Below are positions 32,722 to 36,361 of a DNA stretch of 36,361 bases, one piece after another (the first letter of the stretch is position 1; every line of letters starts with the position of its first letter). The position numbers and the translations under genes were made by a program. The notes below the pieces were generated by a model. That model was not told the origin of the DNA and made no database searches. It worked only from the letters and a program-made list of their open reading frames with translations. Source of the stretch: Actinomycetota bacterium (lineage in GTDB: Bacteria > Actinomycetota > CADDZG01 > JAHWKV01 > JAOPZY01); contig JAOPZY010000027.1 in assembly GCA_025963875.1 (NCBI GenBank), forward strand, positions 1-36,361, in the 5' to 3' direction.

Positions 32722-33630
32722 GTGAACCGTCCCGCTGGTACCGGAGCCCCTGCCCGGCACGATGAGGCGGAGCACCGGCAGGCTGCGAATCGGGCAATCG
32801 CCGTGTCGGCCGTTGGCCTGGCGCTCACGGGGGCCATCGAGCTCGTTCTCGCCCTCATCACCCACTCCGTCGGGTTGCTGGGCGACGCCCTGCACAACCT
32901 TTCGGACGTCTCCACCAGCGCGCTCGTCTTCCTCGGGTTCGCAGTATCCAAGAAGCCTCCCAGCGCCCGCTACCCCTACGGGTACGAGCGGGCCGAGGAC
33001 ATCGCCGGCCTGGGCGTTGCCCTCGTCATCTGGGCCAGCGCCCTCTTCGCCGGCGTGGAGAGCTACCGCAAACTCGTCGGTCACGGCCAGACAACGCACC
33101 TTGGGGTGGGAATGGTGGGAGCGGCGCTCGGGATCGTCGGGAACCAGGTGGTGGCCCGCTACAAGGCCCGAGTCGGGCGCCGGATCCAATCGGCCACGCT
33201 CCAAGCCGATGCCCGTCACTCCTGGCTCGATGCCCTGTCATCGCTGGGCGCCCTGATCGGTCTCGTGGTGGTCGCACTCGGCTACCGCATCGGTGACCCG
33301 ATCGCAGGCTTCGCGGTCACCCTGTTCATTCTCCACGTGGGATACGAGGTGACAACGGAGCTGGTCCATCACCTCATGGACGGCGTCGATCCAGAGACCC
33401 TCCACGTCGGGAAGGCGGCCGCCGAGGTCGTTCCTGGTGTGCTCGAGGCCGACCTTGCCGGGAGATGGACCGGCCGCACGCTGCGCCTCGACGTCGAAGC
33501 TCGCCTCGATCCGGGAGCAACCATGGCCGAGGCCGAGGCGGTGGGAAGGCAGGTGGAGACTGCGGTGCTCGATGCCGTGGAGGAAGCGAGGCAGGTTCGA
33601 TTCATTGCGCGGGCTGACGCACAGAGGTGA
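32722..33630 (+). CDS. Cation diffusion facilitator (FieF/Rv2025c-like)
   Basis: SVGLLGDALHNLSD, YPYGYERAEDIAG, ADARHSWLD, C-terminal cytoplasmic domain. Confidence 0.92.
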   Translation: MNRPAGTGAPARHDEAEHRQAANRAIAVSAVGLALTGAIELVLALITHSVGLLGDALHNLSDVSTSALVFLGFAVSKKPPSARYPYGYERAEDIAGLGVALVIWASALFAGVESYRKLVGHGQTTHLGVGMVGAALGIVGNQVVARYKARVGRRIQSATLQADARHSWLDALSSLGALIGLVVVALGYRIGDPIAGFAVTLFILHVGYEVTTELVHHLMDGVDPETLHVGKAAAEVVPGVLEADLAGRWTGRTLRLDVEARLDPGATMAEAEAVGRQVETAVLDAVEEARQVRFIARADAQR

Positions 33631-33713
33631 AGTGGCTCAGAAGTCGCCGCTCGATCCCTCAAGTTAGCGTTTTGCGTGGAGGTGGAGTGCCTCGGCCACT
33701 TATGACAACAGAC

Positions 33714-33755
33714 GTTAGTCCTCTTTCGCGCGTATCCGCGCGATTCCGGTCTAAC
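33714..33755. repeat. Imperfect REP-like stem-loop
   Basis: GTTAGTCC-tctt-TCGCGCG-tatc-CGCGCGA-ttcc-GGTCTAAC. Confidence 0.65.
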
Positions 33756-34263
33756 CTCGGCCCGACCCGGGACTGGTTCTCTCTCAGGCGCGGAGAGCAC
33801 GAGTCGTGCGTACCGGCGCCGGCGCCGGTCGAACTGGCCGCGCCGCCGACGCCGTTGTTAGGCTCCACGGCCGACTGAGCCGATCCCACCATCGTCGCAA
33901 GAGTCACTCTAACCACGTCGGATTCGGGCGACTAAATCGTTGTCGGATTCGGCAACAGATTTCAGCCGGAATTCACATTTCTGTCGCGCAATGGCCACTA
34001 GGGCTCCCTACGCCTGGATCGGTCCTCCATCGTGAGCGTTTGGATACACGCGCCTGGCTACAGCTATGGAGGCAAACCGTCGTGGTCGACACCGGGCCCG
34101 ACCAGCACCGCTGCCCGATCCGGCGCGACGGGGCGCCGGGAAAGAATTCATCAGCCGTTCACAATCCCGTCAGCGTTCGGACACGCTCTCGTTTCGCCGC
34201 CTCTGTAGCGTTCGCGCCGGTGTCACCAAACTCGGTGCCGTGTGCTTCCGCGAAAGGGCGTGA

Positions 34264-34731
34264 ATGAACAGAGATGTGACCTCCTTCGGGCCGATTCGCA
34301 TTCACGAGGGTCTCGGCAAGGGGGCCGGGTGGACGAGCCGCTTCGCTCTGACGCTGGCTGTGGGTCTTTTCGCAATATTGGCGGTGTCGTGCTCGTCGTC
34401 GAAGGCTTCCCCGGGAGCGGCAGCATCCGTAAATGCCAGCAGCAAGCCGGCTCCCTCGCCGCCCACGGTAACGATCACGGTGCACCCCGCCGGGTTTGAC
34501 CCTCCCGCAGTCACGACCACCGTTGAGGGCAACATCATCTGGTCCCAGGGGGACGGGAAGGCGCACATCATCGCCTCGGGCGTTCCCGGGAAACCAGACG
34601 GAAAATTCGAGAGCGGTCCTCTGGCGAAGGGGTCCAGCTTTACCCTGGTGCTCCATACCGCGGGTACGTATCACTACTTCGACAAGAACTTCCCCACGCT
34701 GAGCGGTCAAATTGTCGTCAGGCCGCACTGA
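34264..34731 (+). CDS. Cupredoxin-fold putative lipoprotein lacking most type-1 copper ligands
   Basis: Hydrophobic stretch and lipobox-like LAVSC; GFDPPAVT...HIIASG...FESGPL...GTYHYFD...LSGQIVV; true start may be downstream. Confidence 0.72.
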   Translation: MNRDVTSFGPIRIHEGLGKGAGWTSRFALTLAVGLFAILAVSCSSSKASPGAAASVNASSKPAPSPPTVTITVHPAGFDPPAVTTTVEGNIIWSQGDGKAHIIASGVPGKPDGKFESGPLAKGSSFTLVLHTAGTYHYFDKNFPTLSGQIVVRPH

Positions 34732-35040
34732 TCATGCTCAGGGCAAGGTTCGGCAACGCCAGCCTTACGGGAAGGTGAACTCTTGCGGAACTTTCCATCG
34801 GTCCTCTTGACTGACCTGAGAAATCCGACTTAGCTGGCAACGGAAATATTCTCGAAATCCTCCGTGACACCCGTCGGATTCTCAGGCAGGCAAAAGGAAG
34901 GAATGAGTAGCCTCGTCGTCAGACGTGAGTTGCGTTTCTAGACGCGTTTGTGGCCCACATTGGCGACGCCAGGAACAACGAAGTGCTGCTGTATGAGCAT
35001 GTTGCCCGGGCTGCAAATCGTCCACGACAGGGGGTTCCGA

Positions 35041-36361
35041 ATGCAATTTCGTTTAAACCCAGTACTCGCGTGCCTCATAAGCGCGCTCATGCTCGCCGGA
35101 TCGTTCGCAGCGTTTGTCCCGGCGGCTCAGGCAGCAGCGCCGCCATTCGAGCCGGACCCAAACTCAAGGGGTTGCGTCACGTTTTACGACGCCACCGGTA
35201 AGACGGTCACCAGTGGCAGCACCAGCGACTCACCCATAGCCGCCTATGCCCAGGCATCGAGCCCGGGGCGCACCGTGGACAACACGGCCACCCTGTTCGG
35301 CTATGCGGCCCAGCCGGGCCTGAACACCCTGGCCTGGACCCACGGCGAGCAGATGTCGGCCGGCAACACCTACCCGGTTGCGGGAGCACCCGCCAACATC
35401 GCGGGCTCGCCGAACCCCACGGTTGCTGGAGCCCCGGGAGAGCTCTCCGTCGCCCAGCTGCAGACCGACTTCCCTTCAACCGATCCGAGCACACCCGGCG
35501 TCTACCAGATCCGGATCGTCACCTCCGGGGCCGGCACCGCAGACCCCCTGTACTTCCGAGCTGACATCCAGATCACGGGCAGCACCTGGACGCAGATCTG
35601 GTGCCAGAGCACGACCACATCCCTGAGTGTCTCGCCTCCCAGCCCTGCGGCCGCGGGGACAACCGAGAATCTCACGGCACAGGTCACACCTTCCACGGCC
35701 ACGGGAACCGTGCAGTTCATGGACGGTCCGACGAACATCGGGGCCCCCGTCCCTGTCAGTTCCGGCACGGCCTCGACGACCACGACGCTTCCGACCGGGC
35801 CACTCAACCTCACCGCCGTCTTTACGCCGGGCGATCAGAACTCGTTCAATCCGTCAACCTCCAATAGCGTGTCGTATACGGTCGGGACTTCCACCCCGTC
35901 CGCTGACCTGTCCATCACCAAGACGGCCCCGGCCACGGCGAGCACCAACAGCCCGCTCGCCTACACCATCGTGGCCACCAACAACGGCCCCGGTGCCGCC
36001 ACCGGCGTGGGGGTCACCGACACCCTGCCCAGCGCCGTGACCTTCGTCTCCGCCAGCTCCGGCTGCACCAACGCCTCGGGCACCGTGACCTGCACCATCG
36101 GCAACCTCGCCAACGGCGCCAGCTCCACGATCACCATCAACGTGACCACCCCCGCCACTCCGGCCACAATCATGAACACCGCAGTCGTGGGTGGCAACGA
36201 GACCGACCCGAACACCGCCAACAACACCGCCACCGCATCGACGACGGTCACCGCGACCACCACCCCATCCGCCGACCTGTCGATCACCAAGACCGCCCCG
36301 GCCACGGCGAGCACCAGCAGCCCGCTCGCCTACAGCATCGTGGCCACCAACAACGGTCCGT
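35041..36361 (+). CDS. Large secreted/surface protein: N-terminal domain of unknown function, Ig-like (Big_3-type) domain, tandem DUF11-like repeats; truncated by the window end
   Basis: Not in the ORF track (no stop). ATG 35041 with AGGGGG RBS; signal peptide MQFRLNPVLACLISALMLAGSFAAFVPAAQA; TTTSLSVSP...LTAQVTP...GTVQFMDG; ADLSITKTAP...YTIVATNNGP at 35902 and again at 36271 (369-bp period). Confidence 0.88.
   Translation, partial: MQFRLNPVLACLISALMLAGSFAAFVPAAQAAAPPFEPDPNSRGCVTFYDATGKTVTSGSTSDSPIAAYAQASSPGRTVDNTATLFGYAAQPGLNTLAWTHGEQMSAGNTYPVAGAPANIAGSPNPTVAGAPGELSVAQLQTDFPSTDPSTPGVYQIRIVTSGAGTADPLYFRADIQITGSTWTQIWCQSTTTSLSVSPPSPAAAGTTENLTAQVTPSTATGTVQFMDGPTNIGAPVPVSSGTASTTTTLPTGPLNLTAVFTPGDQNSFNPSTSNSVSYTVGTSTPSADLSITKTAPATASTNSPLAYTIVATNNGPGAATGVGVTDTLPSAVTFVSASSGCTNASGTVTCTIGNLANGASSTITINVTTPATPATIMNTAVVGGNETDPNTANNTATASTTVTATTTPSADLSITKTAPATASTSSPLAYSIVATNNGP

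Noticed and set aside
33749..33863. GTCTAAC...GTTAGGC resembling integron attC ends
   Set aside because: No complementary L boxes or continuous hairpin, no cassette ORF or integrase; the GTCTAAC is better explained as the arm of the 33714-33755 hairpin.
33806..34267. 153-aa ORF and neighbouring short ORFs
   Set aside because: Atypical codon usage, no clear RBS, no recognisable motif.

Overview
High-GC bacterial chromosome segment, most likely from a deep-branching Actinomycetota (inference from gene order). About 1.7-28.4 kb is a conserved actinobacterial core backbone: BldG/RsbV-like STAS protein, hppA, topA-tmk-holB-tRNA-Thr(CGT), zincin-tilS-hpt-ftsH, folP/folB-folK-panC-panD-coaX-lysS, clpC. 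Local departures are an ECF sigma factor fused to a zinc anti-sigma domain, TM helix and external tail; a Zn-ribbon TopA; an in-frame FolP-FolB fusion; no folE or lsr2 at their usual positions; and a tilS with no canonical start codon. From 28.6 to 33.6 kb there is a compact metal-resistance cluster (three ArsR/SmtB regulators, each with a visible palindromic operator, one permease and three CDF-related transporters). It is followed by a ligand-less cupredoxin-like lipoprotein and a large secreted Ig-like/DUF11-repeat protein that runs off the window. The least explained signal is a set of dispersed 37-51 bp REP-like stem-loops near gene 3' ends. Two are near-identical copies differing only at unpaired positions, and one of these is translated as part of the Tmk C-terminus. 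No CRISPR array, integrase or transposase was seen. All calls come from reading the sequence; no database searches were run.
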